Source: Octopus vulgaris
Taxonomy: Eukaryota
NCBI GenBank assembly: GCA_951406725.2
Contig: OX597830.1
Span: forward strand, 2,108,001-2,172,000
Length of the DNA: 64,000 nucleotides
Direction of reading: 5' to 3'
Position numbers and translations under genes: made by a program. Positions 42,647 through 57,500 of this stretch are shown piece by piece (positions within the stretch are counted from its first letter, which is position 1; each line of letters begins with the position of its first letter). The notes below the pieces were generated by a model. The model had not been told where the DNA came from. It was given only the letters and a program-made list of their open reading frames with translations, and did not search any database.

Positions 42647-43699
42647 GTATATACATATATATATACACATGCATATTAGAGTGTGGGAGAACGAGTGACA
42701 TACATACACACATTCATTCATAGATACATACATATGCAAACAAAAAAAGGTAGATTTTATATATTTATTTGAGAGAAAAACTTTGTTTCCTCGCCACGCA
42801 CGTTTACGTTCGCACCGATTAACATGTTTCAGTGTTAGTTTTCCGGAACGAGAAACTCCGAGTAGTGACAATAAGAACCCTCGTCTTCAGATGACAATGT
42901 GCTGTAAGGATTATACGAAACTCAGAAAAAATTATCGAAAGTCAAAAAAAATCATTTCATTACTATTGCAAATAATTTATTCATAAATAAATACATTGAA
43001 TTCCATGAGGAATGGCAGGGTATTTCTTTCAATTATTTCGAAGAAGATATAAAGACACCTCTTAAGATATAAAAAAAAGTAATTACACAAGACATTATGA
43101 ATAATTTTGCATCTCATTCATAGATTTATGCTAATCTCAATTCATGCTTATTTAGATAACATTGCTTAATTTACTGATACTTGGAATATTTATTGATAAT
43201 ATATTATCTCGTCTATTTTGTGATATATTGTGAAATAGCTGAGTGGCGATAAGGTACCCGAGCTAGCAAAAAGTACCCTTGGTAATTCTACGGTTACTTC
43301 GTAAACTGCAAGATGGTGGTAAGTTCATAGAGGTTAAATATATAATTCCATTTCAAATAGCATTATTTATGAGACAGTGGATGCTTGAGATGGTATGAAT
43401 TTCCTACAAAAGAGTACAAAAGGTGAACTCTTTGGAAAGATGATCTTTCAAGTGTACAGTCTTTGTTACAAACTTGTCGACATTTTCGCCTTCAATGTTA
43501 GTACTTCTACTCTTAAGACAAGAAGTAAGCATTTTTAATCATGGAAAGACGTCGAAGCTACTACGTTGTTAAAGTTTTAATAAATCACGCAACGCTGTTT
43601 CATATCAGATAAAATTTCAGGTGATTGGACTTGAACCCATTGTCTCTTTCAACTGGCTCTTCTCTAAGCTTCTAAGAAAAACAAATGTACCAGTAATAA

Positions 43700-43860
43700 A
43701 GGTGTAAGGACAGACGTTTATTTTAAAGTTTTACTTCTCAAGAACGTGGTTTCATGTTCGGTCACAAAACATTTCTCGTTAAACACGTGTCATCAAGACT
43801 TGGATTGACTAACACTTTGTGAGTGAAATTGTTAGATGGATACTGTATGGAAGCCCATAT
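43700..43860 (+). mobile_element. Decayed CORE-type SINE
   Basis: tRNA-like start, then ctttgtgagtgaaattgttagatggatactgtatggaagccc and a (TG)/(TA) tail. Resembles the inverted remnant at about 950-1125. Confidence 0.45.
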
Positions 43861-44612
43861 AAATGTGTGTGTGTGTATGTATATGGTATGTGTCTGTATT
43901 CATGTTTCTATGTTTCTATGTTTGTATGTTTATACAGTAATGTTGCTTATGCACTGTAGATTAGTGGTGCCAAAAAATAGTGTTAAAGTATGTACAATCT
44001 TAGAATTATGTACCAGTCAACTAAAACTAAGGGCGATGCTCCAGTGGGGACATAGGTTATTGAATAACATCAGTAAAAATCTAAACAAACAAGAATACTG
44101 ATTTTAAACCTTATTTAATTCGAAGCAAATGTTAAATCTACGACCATAAATATTTAGATTTAAAATCTTCAGTTATCTTTGTCCTGCAGGATCGTAGGAT
44201 ATTGTTTATAAGCGTGTAATGATTTTAAAGTGCTGCATATTAATTTCTGGGCGTAGGTTCAATTCCTGCAACATTCGGTTTGTTTATACGTTGGCTCTAG
44301 TGGCATCACTTGTAGAATAATTTATATGAGCGATATCACAAATAGAACATCTCTTGTAAGGACAATGAGTTGAGAATAACCAAACCCCAACGTTCGAAAT
44401 TTCAAGAATGTTTCCATTTAGAATTGGAATCTGAATTATAGTTAATAAACATATCCGTGTAAAATAAGGATAATTCTCAAATAAGGACTGAGTGTATAAT
44501 GGCCGAAACCTTGTGCTTCAGGTAAACAAGTTCAAGACGATGGTTTGAATATGTCAGTGTATTATAATGGTAATTCCTGATCTTAGAAATTCAGAAATAT
44601 ATGTGTGTGGGA

Positions 44613-44656
<44 letters not shown>

Positions 44657-46034
44657 CTGTGTGTTGTTTTCTTTTTATGACAGAAAGGTAAAACTTAGTT
44701 GTTCGAGATGTAGAGATTGATAAAAAGAAGTACAAGACGGAACTAAATACCAGGGCTGATTAAAAACATTTGATGTCAGTATCCCATCATGGCTAGAATT
44801 GATTGAAACCGGTAAATGTCCTATTTTTGATCCATCACCAATACATCTCTTACATTTGTATCAATCAACAAAATAAACCTTAGCATTCTATCAATCATCA
44901 ATCCAATTTTTACGTCATTATCAATCAGTAAATGATCTTCTTTCTTTATAAGAGTCACTGCTCCAACCAGGCCAAACTTGAACTGCTATCAATAGCAAGC
45001 GAATCATTCTGAAATATATTGTGTTTGAAAATGAAGAAGGTGACTTTAGACAATGAACCCATTGATATAACAATAAAAACCCAAATAGTCAGATATAGAA
45101 CACTATTGAGCATAGATCTGTTTGATCGGATCAGATTTGATCCTGAGTTATATAACAACTAGCTTCATCATTTTGACGTTGGAGAATCGACCACTAGAAA
45201 TAATTTAATTTTAGAAAATGAAATTTTCAACTGAAAAACTTGATTCGATCAGTGTATGACTTGAACATTTAGCCATTGAAATCTGTTTCTATATGGTTTC
45301 CATTCATATCTTTACAAGCTTTTCATTATCACTAATTTTGACAAAAGACGTTATCTTTTGTATTTTAAGAGATAATACATTTCAAATGCGATAAGTTGTT
45401 GTGGATTTATGAATGGAAAACTTTACGATTCATCTGATAAAAACAGTTTCCACTTAAATTTATGACTTCTCCACCACAAATATTACATTTGTCTCCTCGC
45501 AATCTTTCACTTCTTATTTCAATCTCATATATAAAGTTTCTATGAGGTTTCTAAACTTGACTATGGCTCTCTACATCATTCTAATATCAATTAATGTCTG
45601 TCCTTCAACAGTGAACATTTTCAATTACTGTCTACTTGAATGCATTAAAATTCAGCCATAAAGGTATTATATTCAACAAACAATTTTTCAATAACAGAAC
45701 TGGTTGGATATGTATATATGCAGGAGTAGGTGTGGGTAAGCCTATATAGATATATAACGTGTATATATATATGTGTATATATACAGTGTGTGAGAGAGTG
45801 AGGGAGAAAATTTATATACATAGAAATGTGAAGATATATATGTATGTATAACTATATATTTATGTGTGTGTATAAATAAGCACAATATATGTATAAATAT
45901 GAATATACAACAAGAATATACAGGAATATGTATATAAGTAAGAATGCGACTATAAATGTAATAATCTATATGCACGCATACATATATGTATGAATATGTG
46001 CATATATGTACGCATACACATCACACACAAACAA

Positions 46035-46072
<38 letters not shown>

Positions 46073-46293
46073 ATGTGTACATCATTAGAGCGAATGAAAC
46101 CAACTCAAAAGCTTACTGTAATTATGCGAAAAATAATTTACTTAAAACATAAGACTTTTCTAGAATTTTAATGTAACATGTTAGACTGACATACGAGATG
46201 ATTTTTTTCACATGAGCAAACTGCAAGTAATTGTCAGTGTCGGTTGAAAGTCGACTAAATTATTTGAATATTTAATATTACATTGGTCGGTAA

Positions 46294-46468
46294 GGCAACG
46301 AGCTGGCAGAATCGTTTCCATGCCAGGCAAAATGCTTAGCGGCATTTCGACCGTCTTTACGTTCTGAGTTCAAATTCTGCCGAGGTCGACTTTGCTTTTC
46401 AAGCTTATTAAAATAAGTACTTACCTCTCGCCTGTAATTGCTGGCCTTGTGCCAAACGTTGAAAGTAT
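46294..46468 (+). mobile_element. tRNA-derived SINE with internal deletion
   Basis: ggcaacgagctggcagaatcg..aaatgcttagcggcatttcg..gttctgagttcaaattctgccgaggtcgactttgc..ggccttgtgccaaa. Confidence 0.88.
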
Positions 46469-47286
46469 TTCATCGATCAGCATTATTTCCTTTAATTCGT
46501 TAGTATTCACATCCGCTTTGCACAGATGTGTGTGTGTGTGTGTGTGTGTGTTTGTAGACATATGTATATATGTATGTGGCTATAAGTATTTAATGTTTGT
46601 CGGTTTTGTTTCCCTAAATATTGAGAACTGCTGGTAGACCTTAGTCAAGTCTGCACAGAAGTGGTTACACTGCCAAAAATGAACAACACTCATTGCATTA
46701 TCATTGAAATTGTATTCCTGTAGACATTTTAGTAAATGTGTTACAAAATCCATAGCAAGTGCCCAAATGTAAAAGGAATAAAGCATTATGACAATGCTTA
46801 ACTACTGTAGAATAACATGAATTGTAAAGAAATTTAGAAAGAACAAAAATGAAGACATGAAAATTTAACGGGGAAAAAAGCACATTTAACATTATTTCAA
46901 AGTAGGTTTTAAAATGTAGTTCTGCCCAGCAGCGAAAGACTTTCATATCTGAACTAATTTCGTTTTAAGTCTGGTTGCTTTTTTTTTTTTGTCTAATACT
47001 CATACAATATGAATAACTTCTACAGCGAAACTAGATAGAGAACGTTACGATTTCTACAGAGCCGAAAATAGATTCTTGCTTAAGGCGAAGATAATTGAAA
47101 GAATCGTATTGAGACAGTGACTGAGATTTCATTCTAAGGCATTCTATCTCAGCTTGTGTTTACAGTTGCCACTTTGCACATGCCATTGCACTCAGTTAAT
47201 CATATAAAGAGAGACATAAAAAATATGCACCTATTTTTTTCTAAGTAAATATATATACATACATACAAAAATGCATTTATATATAC

Positions 47287-47327
<41 letters not shown>

Positions 47328-47414
47328 CAAACACATATATATATATCCATATATGTATGCATTTACACATATACACATACGTATACAAACAAAACTATAT
47401 ATATATATATATTT

Positions 47415-47447
<33 letters not shown>

Positions 47448-47500
47448 AGTATGTATATATTATAAATATATATGTATATATATATGTGTTTATATATGTA

Positions 47501-47536
<36 letters not shown>

Positions 47537-47554
47537 TGTATATTCCTATATGTA

Positions 47555-47619
<65 letters not shown>

Positions 47620-48886
47620 GTGGTATCAAAACGTTCTCGGACAAGTTACGTTATACACCTACGCTTTGGCATCCGTTCCTTCGCAATTGTCACTTAGCGC
47701 AGCAATACATTGGTCCCAGCGTTTCTGTCACTTTTGGAATCCATCCTAGAAGTTGTTTTCCTTAAGCGAGTCGAGGACCTTCTGCGATTCATTCTGTATC
47801 TCGACAATGGGGCTAAGACAGAGTCCTTTAGGCTGAAGCTCCCTTTTCATCTTGGGGAAGAAATGGAAGTCTGCAGTGTTAAATCTGGTGAATTAGGCAG
47901 GGGAAGAAGCGATACCATGTTGCTTTTGGTGAGAAACTCACGAGTGAGGAGAGTTCAGTAACAGGGTGCATTGTCGTCGCGAAGAATTGGATTCTTCGCG
48001 CTCACCAGATTCGGTTACCTTCGTTGAATTTTCTTCCTGAGACCCTTCAAAATGTCAAACTAGAACTGTCGATTGGCAGTCTGGCACTGGAGGGAAAATT
48101 CTTGAAGCAACGGATGTCGACGAAAACGATGAGCATGCTCTTGATTGAGATGCAAGTCTGTCGTGCCTTCTTTGGTTGTGGAGATGAAGGGCTCTTCCAT
48201 TGTGACAACTGCTGCTTCGTCTCAGGGTTGCACCCGTAGACCCAACTCGCGTCACTGGTGATAATCCTCGATATGAAGGATGGGTCATCAGTGGAACGCT
48301 GACGGCGATCTTGATAGGCTTCAACGTGATGTTCTTTCTACCCAGTGCTCAGCAGGCTGGGGGACAAACTTAGAAGAGACACGCTGCATGTTCAATCCAG
48401 ATGTTAGTATTGCCAGTGCGGACCCATACGTTAGACCAGAACACCAGCAATGTCGTTGGTTGTCCTCCAACGGTCCTCAAGCCCGAGCCGATGAATTTTC
48501 TCCACTTACCCGAGGGTGACGCTCGTGTTAGATCTTCCAAATTGCTCTCCGTCTTTCAGAAATGTTCTTCCGCTTTTGAAGCGCCCATGCCACTTCAAAC
48601 ATTGCGTACGACCCAGTGCCTCGTCACCGTAAGCTTGCCAAAACGGACTTCCCAAGTTTAACGCAAAATCTCACATTATTCTAAATTTCTATCCATCAGA
48701 AAATCGCAGACTACAGCATGCACGTGATCACAATAATACAAATTTCACAACCTGCCAAGTAAAAACAGGGATATTACTCGGCACAATGTCTCATTAAGAT
48801 GACAGCTAGATCTCATTACGCACGCAACCCTGTGCTGCCATCTGTTGGCAGGCTACAGAACTAGTCCGGGAACTTTTTGATACCAC
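47620..48886 (-). mobile_element. Mariner (Tc1/mariner) DNA transposon, decayed full-length copy
   Basis: 28-bp TIRs at 47620-47647 and 48859-48886 (25/28 match) in a TA-rich context. Minus-strand transposase remnants: QAYGDEALGRTQC..W..RFKSG (HTH), TSDASWVYG.NPETKQQ.SQWKSPSSP.PKK, DDNAPC and NSPDL. Frameshifted. Confidence 0.93.
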
Positions 48887-49859
48887 ATTTATATAATTTT
48901 ATATATATGTATTTCTATTCTATACACATAATCTTTAAGCTGTTTATATATATTCTGGAACTACACTTGTCTAACAAGATATTTGATAAGCGATGATTTT
49001 TGGTGAAACTAAAATAAAATTACATCATAAAAGTATCATTTCAGAACGCACAAAACTGCTTTATTGATTTATATTTAGTCATTTTTTTATTTCTGTGGGT
49101 TTTTTCTTTTGTTTTTCTTTTTGGATTTATTTATTTATTTTCTTTCTGAGGACTCAAAATTTTGCTGCTCGTCCGTGTCTGACTCAGGTCCGCTTTGTAT
49201 ATTTTTATTATTTCATTACTAAAATATTAAACATTATTTGCTTGTGAGAAAAACAGTGACTAGCCATAGAATACTGTTTCAACATGTTTCGTACAACCCA
49301 TACCAATATGCAAAAACCAAGCATAAGTATACTAACGATGATGACAGCGATCAAGATTATGCTGATGACGTGTAATTTGAGAACTAATCATGTAATTTGA
49401 AGATTGTGGTGCTGATATTGTCTACATTGGTACTGAGGTACGAAGTTACATTTGAAGTGAAACCTTTTGGATTTCCTCTCAGTTCTTAAGATACGTTTAC
49501 AATACTATTTCTTTCACAGAATCCAGAACAGATATCATAGACAGGGCCTTCAAAAGGGTCGGACAAAGTCAAGACGTTTGACAAGAACAAGACATGGAGG
49601 GGAACATGAATGTTGTAGTTTTGAATACGAAGCATTTTGTTACGATTTTGATATGAAGCCAAAAGAAAGAAACACTTCGGAGTTTCGATACCTAGACGTG
49701 GGTACAATCCTGGGTCTGGGCAGACACTAACCATAGCATACTATTTCAAATCAAGCAGGGGTCATGATCTTGTTAACTAGTATACTGTTAATTTGTGAGT
49801 GATTAGCTTTACTGTGTTGGTTAATGTAAAAGGTAGTAAGGCTCGGACACTTCTGCCTC

Positions 49860-50100
49860 AGGTCCAGAGACCTCTAAGTCCACCTACCCGGTTTCCAAAG
49901 GGTACAAGTGAATAAGATCACAATATTCTCCACTGAACGAGACACCGGTTAATCACGTGGTGACTCGTTTACAGCTGAATGGACATGACTAATGTGAAAG
50001 GAAGTGTTTTTGGCTCAAAAAATATCGCACTACTACTCTGCGAATCAGAACTGGTGTTGTGATTCTAAGTACAGTACCCTAACCTCTAAGACACGAACAC
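49860..50100 (-). mobile_element. Decayed CORE-type SINE
   Basis: ctcgtttacagctgaatggac..gtgaaaggaagtgtttttggctcaa..gaatcagaac..ccctaacctctaag resembles the reverse complement of a CORE domain plus tRNA head. Confidence 0.55.
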
Positions 50101-52591
50101 CTTCATTAATGAACAGTTGATACCTAGGCCGACACCCTTTCAGTCAATGTTGGCCAAAAGGATTATATTGTTGCTCATGCTTAACATCAGGCATTTCATT
50201 TGAATAGTCTTATACTCAAAGACAAACAGGATGTCGTCATCCTGCCATTCTAAGGCTTTCTCTGCATCAAACTAAAATCTCTATTATACACCTTTTCCGA
50301 GGTTAGAGCATGATCTAAAGGAATCTTAGCTGCTGTTTATGGCAAATTGAGCAAATACGTTATGGCCGTGTTACTCAAACTGTTTTGATTTGCAATGAAC
50401 TTCAGAGTAAATAGTAATATTAAGGTGCAATTTATGCAAAAAAAAATTTAAATTGTGCTAATAAGAGTTATTTATATTTTAAATTTATAAATTTTAATAA
50501 ATGGAAATATAGGAAGTCATGAAGTACTTCACTGTTTGCTAAATAAATCCCCTTTTTTTCAATCAGAATCACAAACCCGATGTTTTTGCTAGATTTTCTG
50601 AACTGATTACAAGGTATGAAGCACTCCCTCACTTCCAACATTGGCGCTTGCTTTACTGTTCGATTTTCTATTATTGATAGACTTTCGATTTGTATTTTTC
50701 AGTTTCTTTAAAATATAGATTTTATTTATTTTGACAATGCACCTAACCTTCCTTATAGAAGACTGGTTGGAACTGTATTGGGATGTGTTTTGAGGCAAAT
50801 TTAACTGCTGTTTCTAACACATAAAACGACTACAAAGAGCTTCGTCTTTAATTTGAGAATACTAATGTTTAGAACAGTTGTGCTCCTAGGGGTGGGCAAT
50901 ACTGCAATGTTGCTTTTACTGTTTAGAAATAAAGGAAAATGTCCTACAACCAAATATTTCCTCACGTGATTGTCCTGTCTTTGAAATATTTAGATCTCCC
51001 TTTTTCAACATGATTTCCCTTTTTAATATGTCAAAGTTCAGTTTAAAGAAGTGGGTGTTGTTTTAGCAAGATGTGTGACCATGTGGAGGCTCGTCTGAAG
51101 GTTCATACGAATGTGGCTTGACAGTAACTGTCGAAAGTCCAAGTATTTGATCTGTCATCTGTGTTCATTATATTCTTATCATAGTAGAAAGTATGGCTGC
51201 TATTTCAAAATTGACCGCTATTTCTTGCTTGACGTGTATGAACCTGTGCCAGTTACTTTGCTAGAAGCTGATCGTCTTTTACGTTGTTAAATACAAAGTT
51301 TGAGTAAGTCTGCTTCGAGAAATCAAATATGGAACTGACTTCTACTTTGAATCACAAAAATCAAGTTACAGAGCCTTATTGTCTTGGAGAGACTTTGCAG
51401 AAATCATACATTTTCCAGCCTAACACACTTTTACAGTTACTGAAACTTGAGTCTTTGTTACACATTGGTTGTGATGACAACAGATGGTTGGTCAATGTCT
51501 GGTGTACAACAATCCTTAGGTTGTGAGCGACCATTTCTGGAGAAAAGAGAATAAAGAAGAAGAAAAAGAAGTGATTTCTCTTACATAATTCTATAAGGAA
51601 TAACGAGGGGGATGTATATCTCAACATCTTATACACCTTACACGCGTGGAAATAATCTCGATATGAGCCAATGAAGACAGACACTCCATAAGTCAGCGAT
51701 TTGGCCTCTCAGTGAGTCTGTAGTATTAATGTTCTGCAGTCACCTCAATACACCCGATGTCACAATTCGCTAGAATATTGCCCACGTGATCAACAAAATC
51801 TGGCCAATTACAACTTCGAAGGAATAGACTCCAGAAACGATTTCATCTTTTGGTGTGTTTCCTTTTGAGCCTATCCATCAGTATAAATTCGGCTCACCTC
51901 GGCTACTAGCCAGAGAACTTTGGAATACAATAGAGAGAGCAAAGATGGCAGACGGACGGCAAAGAGTCGCGGACAGCTGCTGACAACAACCACAATGAAT
52001 GATCGGTGACAGCAACATAACGAGCAGCAGTTAACTTATTGACTACTATTACAATTAGACCAAGAATAATAGCATTCAAACTCTCTCGATATTTTGTCAT
52101 TCGTAATAACGACGGTATTTGTTCTTTTGGGTTGCAAATGTAATAGAAGTTTTGTTTATCAAAAGTTGCAACCTTCTCCAGTGTTTTTCGTACAAGTCAA
52201 TGATTTAACCGTTCCATGAACGAGCGGGATTGCGTCTCCATAGGCCAAAACTCATTATGAGCCAATGAGATATGATCAGCATGAGTTAACATGATAATCT
52301 ATACGCAGCCTCAAAGCTTGTTAGAAAAAATAACTTAAATCATTTTTATATTATACATTGCCATCTTATAAATGAAAAAACAGATTGCAAAATGGCTCGG
52401 TGAAACTAACTTGAATGCTTTTTTAAATTCTGACAGAACTCATTTGGTCTAGGGCTTAAAAAAAATGACTAAACAAAAATAATTTACACATTTATCAGAT
52501 ATCAATAAATGGAGGGTGAAATCAACTGTTCCAATGACATCATGTGCTACCATGGCCTAGGGCTACAAACAAGACAACATATATTGGTTTC

Positions 52592-52658
<67 letters not shown>

Positions 52659-52662
<4 letters not shown>

Positions 52663-52870
52663 TTTCAAAATTTGGTACAAGGCCGCAATTTCAGGGAGGG
52701 AGTAAATCAATTACATAGATTCTAGTGTTTAACTGGTACTAATTTCATCGACCCGGAAAGGTTGAAAGGCAAAGTCGACCTCTGAGGAATTTGATCTCAG
52801 AACGTACAGATGGACGAAATGCTGCTAAGCCTTTTGTCCGGCCTGATAACGGTTCAGCCAGCTCGCAGCC
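52659..52870 (-). mobile_element. tRNA-derived SINE
   Basis: ggtacaaggcc..aactggtact..atcgaccc..gaaaggcaaagtcgacctc..gaatttgatctcagaacgta..gccagctcgcagcc. Confidence 0.88.
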
Positions 52871-55128
52871 TTGATAAAGATATTATCAAAGTAGAATCAT
52901 TGAACACAGACTGATTAGCTATGACGAGAAAGGGGTCACGAAAGAGCCCACACCCTCGAGGCTTATCAGCTCCAGATCGGAGACATTCATAGCAGCTAAT
53001 TTTTCTAAATCTCAGCTTCACAAACCGTAGTATAGCCCAAGTTCCTCCAACCATCGCTGCTGCTTACATCATCTATTAATAATACAAGAGAAAGCTAGTT
53101 TCGTGTACCATGTATTGAAAGTTGTCTATGGTCCACAGTGTGTTATTGATTTAACTCAGCGAGTTCAATGTGTCAAAATAAATGTTTATCTCATTTGCAC
53201 ATTTCCTGCCCTTATTATAAATACAGTATTTTGTCATTTAAATGCGTTGCGTTTGTCTTATTTAATAAAAAAAACATGTGATGTTGAAATGTAGGTTATT
53301 ATAAATGTTGAAGACATAAAATATGTCTTGGTAGGACATAAAGTAAAGTATTAAAACAAATATTAACAATTCATACGAGCTGTTGAATAAAAATAATGAA
53401 TAAAGAGTAGCCTGAGGTAGGAAATAATAACGGTTGTTGGGCGATTTTAGGGTTGTTTTCTAACGGTATTTTTTAGATAAATATCGTTTATTATAAATAA
53501 AATAAAATAAAAAATCTTTTAATAAATATTATTTGTCATATATAAGATTTTTAAAGTTGTTTTTTACGATGCATATCGATTGCTTTATATATAAAATTAA
53601 AAACTTTTTTAATATCGTTTGTTATATATAAAATTAATATATAAAAGCTAACGGTTGAAATTTTATTCTTTATTGACATTGCAACAGAATATTCCAAGTC
53701 TTGCAGACAAACAACGTCAATAATAAAAAACAAAATACCTGAACAAAATATAAAAATAAAAGGAATGCCTATGAATGATGTAGTTTTCAGCGGTATTTAA
53801 CAATATCAGAAATAGTCGTTGGACAAAGACTTCCTAATTATTCTATAATTGCTCTCAGCAAAATTATGGCTAATCAAAAGTATGTTTGCCTGTTTGAAAT
53901 AGAACAAACATAATTTTTAGTATTATTTCTGTTTTTTTTTAATAACAGAAAAAATATATTACAAGAATAAAGATTCGGCAAGTTTACTTGATTAAAAATT
54001 GTTTAATAAAACTGAAATGTTTGAAAACGGTGTAAAATGCCTTATTTGAGTTTCGAATTTTCTTTGGAAACTTGTTTTTTGTTGTTTTTTCTTCCCTGTT
54101 TTCCTGTCAAATTATTGCATTTCCATGAAATTAAGCACAAAATTGAAATGATGTGAGAAACAATTATCAAAGCACCATCAACATCAGCATCAACACTCTC
54201 AGTATAATTTGCAAGTTTATTTTCATGTGTTGGCATGGCTTGCTGGAATTTATAGTACACTAAATTATTATTTGCCTTATTTGGACGAAAATTATGTGTT
54301 AGCACTACTTCGTGTTTGACCAAACTATGTCTGCCTTCTTGATTCGACAATCACAGCCAATTCTACATCAGACTAATGGTAATCTTTTACATTCACCATA
54401 TCACATAAACCAAAATCCACATTAAATGTCTAAACCAATGTACGAGTAGTTGGCACTATTATGTACCGCGACAGATAATGTTCACTAAATTTCTTCAATT
54501 TGTTTATTGAGTACAGTCATTCTTCATCACATAATATTGGCCTTTAAATATGAAATGTAAAATTGAACTTCAATATCTTGTATTTTACAATATATATCCC
54601 ATAATTCAGTTCCATACACACTGACTACAATTAACCTTAGTCAATTGCACGCATCCATATAAACACATACACACACATCGTTTAACTACTAACCATATCA
54701 AAGTGATTTTTCTATCAAGAATTAATTATATTCTCAGCCTTCTTCCTCAATAATAATTCTTCAAGCCATTCAGCTTCCTCTATCTACCTCCCACTCACCT
54801 AAACCTACTCCTACGCTACCTCTTCTCATCTTAGCCACAGCCAAACATAAAATGTTCCTTGTTATACAGCAGGAATGGACTAGATATCAGTCGAACTAGA
54901 GATAGCAATTAATTTCGTCATGGTTGGTTAAGTTGACCGTAAAACATTCAAACGTCTGGACTATAAATTAAAACAGGAGGGGAAAAAATAGGAATTCTTT
55001 CACGCTTTGAGAGAATGCAGAATCTTTTGGGCACTATTTTATCGCACTATTTCAAACCGGCTTTGTTATTCCTTATGATAAAAGATTAAAGGAGCAAAAC
55101 CAGACACTACTGCTGCTGCTGCTGGTGG

Positions 55129-55172
<44 letters not shown>

Positions 55173-55239
55173 AAATAAAAGCAAAACTGCATCAGCAATA
55201 GTAAAGTGATTAACTGGTGCTTATTTTATCTCCAAGAAG

Positions 55240-55320
55240 GTTAGAGAGTATATCAGCCAAAACGTTGCGTTAACAACAAACAAAATGAGGACAAACATCT
55301 ATCAAAAGTAAATAATGTAC
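55240..55320 (+). mobile_element. Fragment of the tRNA/hammerhead element (3' half)
   Basis: gtatatcagccaaaacgttgcgttaacaacaaacaaaatgaggacaaacatctatcaaaagtaaataatgtac matches the family; the CUGAUGA side is decayed. Confidence 0.75.
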
Positions 55321-55839
55321 GTTAATATCAGTTTTCTTAAATATTTTAACAGAGCAAGGAGATGGAAGACATTCATGTTGTTGCTATTGTAGTTAAGTAT
55401 AGACTCCAACTTCTAAGAATCGCATGGAGCATAGTGGGATCATAGCGTTGTAAGGGCTGTAATTCATTTCTAATTCATTTATCTCTTTATCGACTACTAA
55501 AACTAGGGCAAAGAAAACTGTCTATTTTGAATAAAGGACAAGAGTGAGTTGACAGCTCATGGCTAAGTATGGTCATAAATATTATATATATCCCTTTTTC
55601 CCCCCAGGGAGGGAGTAAGGCATTCAGCGTAGACAATTGGATATAAGAAACTGTCTATAAAAAGAGGTAGGATAGAGGTGGACTTTAAATCATGATGTTC
55701 ATTACCAGTTAAAGGGGCAAGAAGCTAAGAGGAAGTTTTATTTAGGGGCACGACGGGGTAAAATGGTTATAAACCATTTTATTATGTTGTATAAAAATAA
55801 AAACTTAAGAATTTCAAAAATGATATCATAAACAAAATA

Positions 55840-55895
<56 letters not shown>

Positions 55896-55964
55896 GCGTG
55901 TGTATGTATATCTATACAGATATATATCTGTATGTGTATAAATATGTATAGATATACATATATG

Positions 55965-56006
<42 letters not shown>

Positions 56007-56297
56007 TGTTTGTATGTGTGTAGAGAGGAGAAGGAGAGATGTATATACCCTTGTAGTTAGAGATGGTGCACTCAATAACAACATAGCATGAAATTGTTCA
56101 TTTAAACGAGTCCAGTGACTTGTTACTCTGACGTGTCCATAAGTGTCCATTCACATCTTCGAACAAAGCAAACTTGGCAAAATGACACGTCACAGCACAC
56201 CGATAATGGAACGGAAACAGTGTGCAAAGGTGAAAGTATTACGGACAGGGATAATAAGAAGGGGAAGAATAATAAATTCATAAGAAGTAACAGTGCT

Positions 56298-56453
56298 TAT
56301 GATAATGATAATGATAATAATAATAACAATAACAATAACAATAATAATAATAATAATAATAACAACAACAACAACAACAACAATAATAATAATAATAACA
56401 ATAATAACAATAATAATAATAATAATAATAACAACAACAACAACAACAACAAC

Positions 56454-56509
<56 letters not shown>

Positions 56510-56525
56510 TAATAACAACAACAAC

Positions 56526-56562
<37 letters not shown>
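56298..56562. repeat. (AAT)/(AAC) compound microsatellite
   Basis: Direct read. Confidence 0.95.
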
Positions 56563-56565
<3 letters not shown>

Positions 56566-56609
56566 TTTTCAACTAGCAATAACCCCACCTCGGATTTACC
56601 TCATTGGCC

Positions 56610-57411
56610 ATGGTGCCTAATAATAACATCTACTATAAACCCAATGACTGGTGGGAGGGAAGTATGATTACATCATTCCCCAAGGTTCAGTTGCTGCTTG
56701 CTTCATCGACCCCGAAAAGAGGAAAAGCAAAAGTGCCTTCTGTGCTGTTTGAACTCAGAATGCAAAACCGAAGGAATCCCTTTTTGTTTCACCGGTAACA
56801 ATACCTTCAGCTCGCTGCAATAAAAATAATGATAATCCTTTCTACTATAGGTACAAGGCCTGAAATTTTAGGGGAGAGGATCAGTCGATTACATCGACCC
56901 CAGTGCTTCATTGGTACTTAATTTATCGTCCCCGAAAGGATAAAAGGCAAAGTCGAACTCGATGGAATTTGAACTCAGAATGTACGGACGGACGAAATTC
57001 CGCTAAGTGTTTTGCCCAACGTGCTATAGGCACAAGACCTGGAATTTGTGGGGAGGAGGTAAGTCAATTACATCAACCCCCAACACTCAACTGGTACTTA
57101 ATTTATCGCCCCGAAAGGATGAAAGGCAATGTCGACCTCGGCGGAATTTGAACTCAGAACGTAGCGACGGGAGAAATACCTATTTCTTTACTACCCACAA
57201 GGGGCTAAACACAGAGAGGACAAACAAGGACAGACAAACGGATTAAATCGATTATATCGACCACAGTGCGTAACTGGTACTTATTTAATCGACCCCGAAA
57301 GGATGAAAGGCAATGTCGACCTCGGCGGAATTTGAACTCAGAACGTAGCAGCAGACGAAATACCACTAAGCATTTCGCTCGGCGCGCTAACGTTTCTGCC
57401 AGCTCACCGCC
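56610..57411 (-). mobile_element. Cluster of four co-oriented tRNA-derived SINE units
   Basis: Units at about 56610-56818 (old), 56838-57027, 57025-57178 and 57178-57411 (young, full head ggcggtgagctggcagaaacgttagc). Confidence 0.9.
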
Positions 57412-57500
57412 TTAATAATAATAATAACAACAGTAGCAGCAGCAGCAACACCACCACCACCTCCACCACCACCACCAACAACAACAACAATAATAATAAA

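Noticed and set aside
49510-49730. Possible exon after tttctttcacag, or a Helitron Rep remnant
   Set aside because: No convincing donor site or recognisable domain; the similarity is too short to support.
51935-51985. YY1-like AAGATGGC start of a gene
   Set aside because: The frame stops after 12 codons and there is no splice donor or other promoter evidence.
54042-54350. 102-aa ORF as a DNA-transposon or gene fragment
   Set aside because: No diagnostic motif or terminal repeats were identified.
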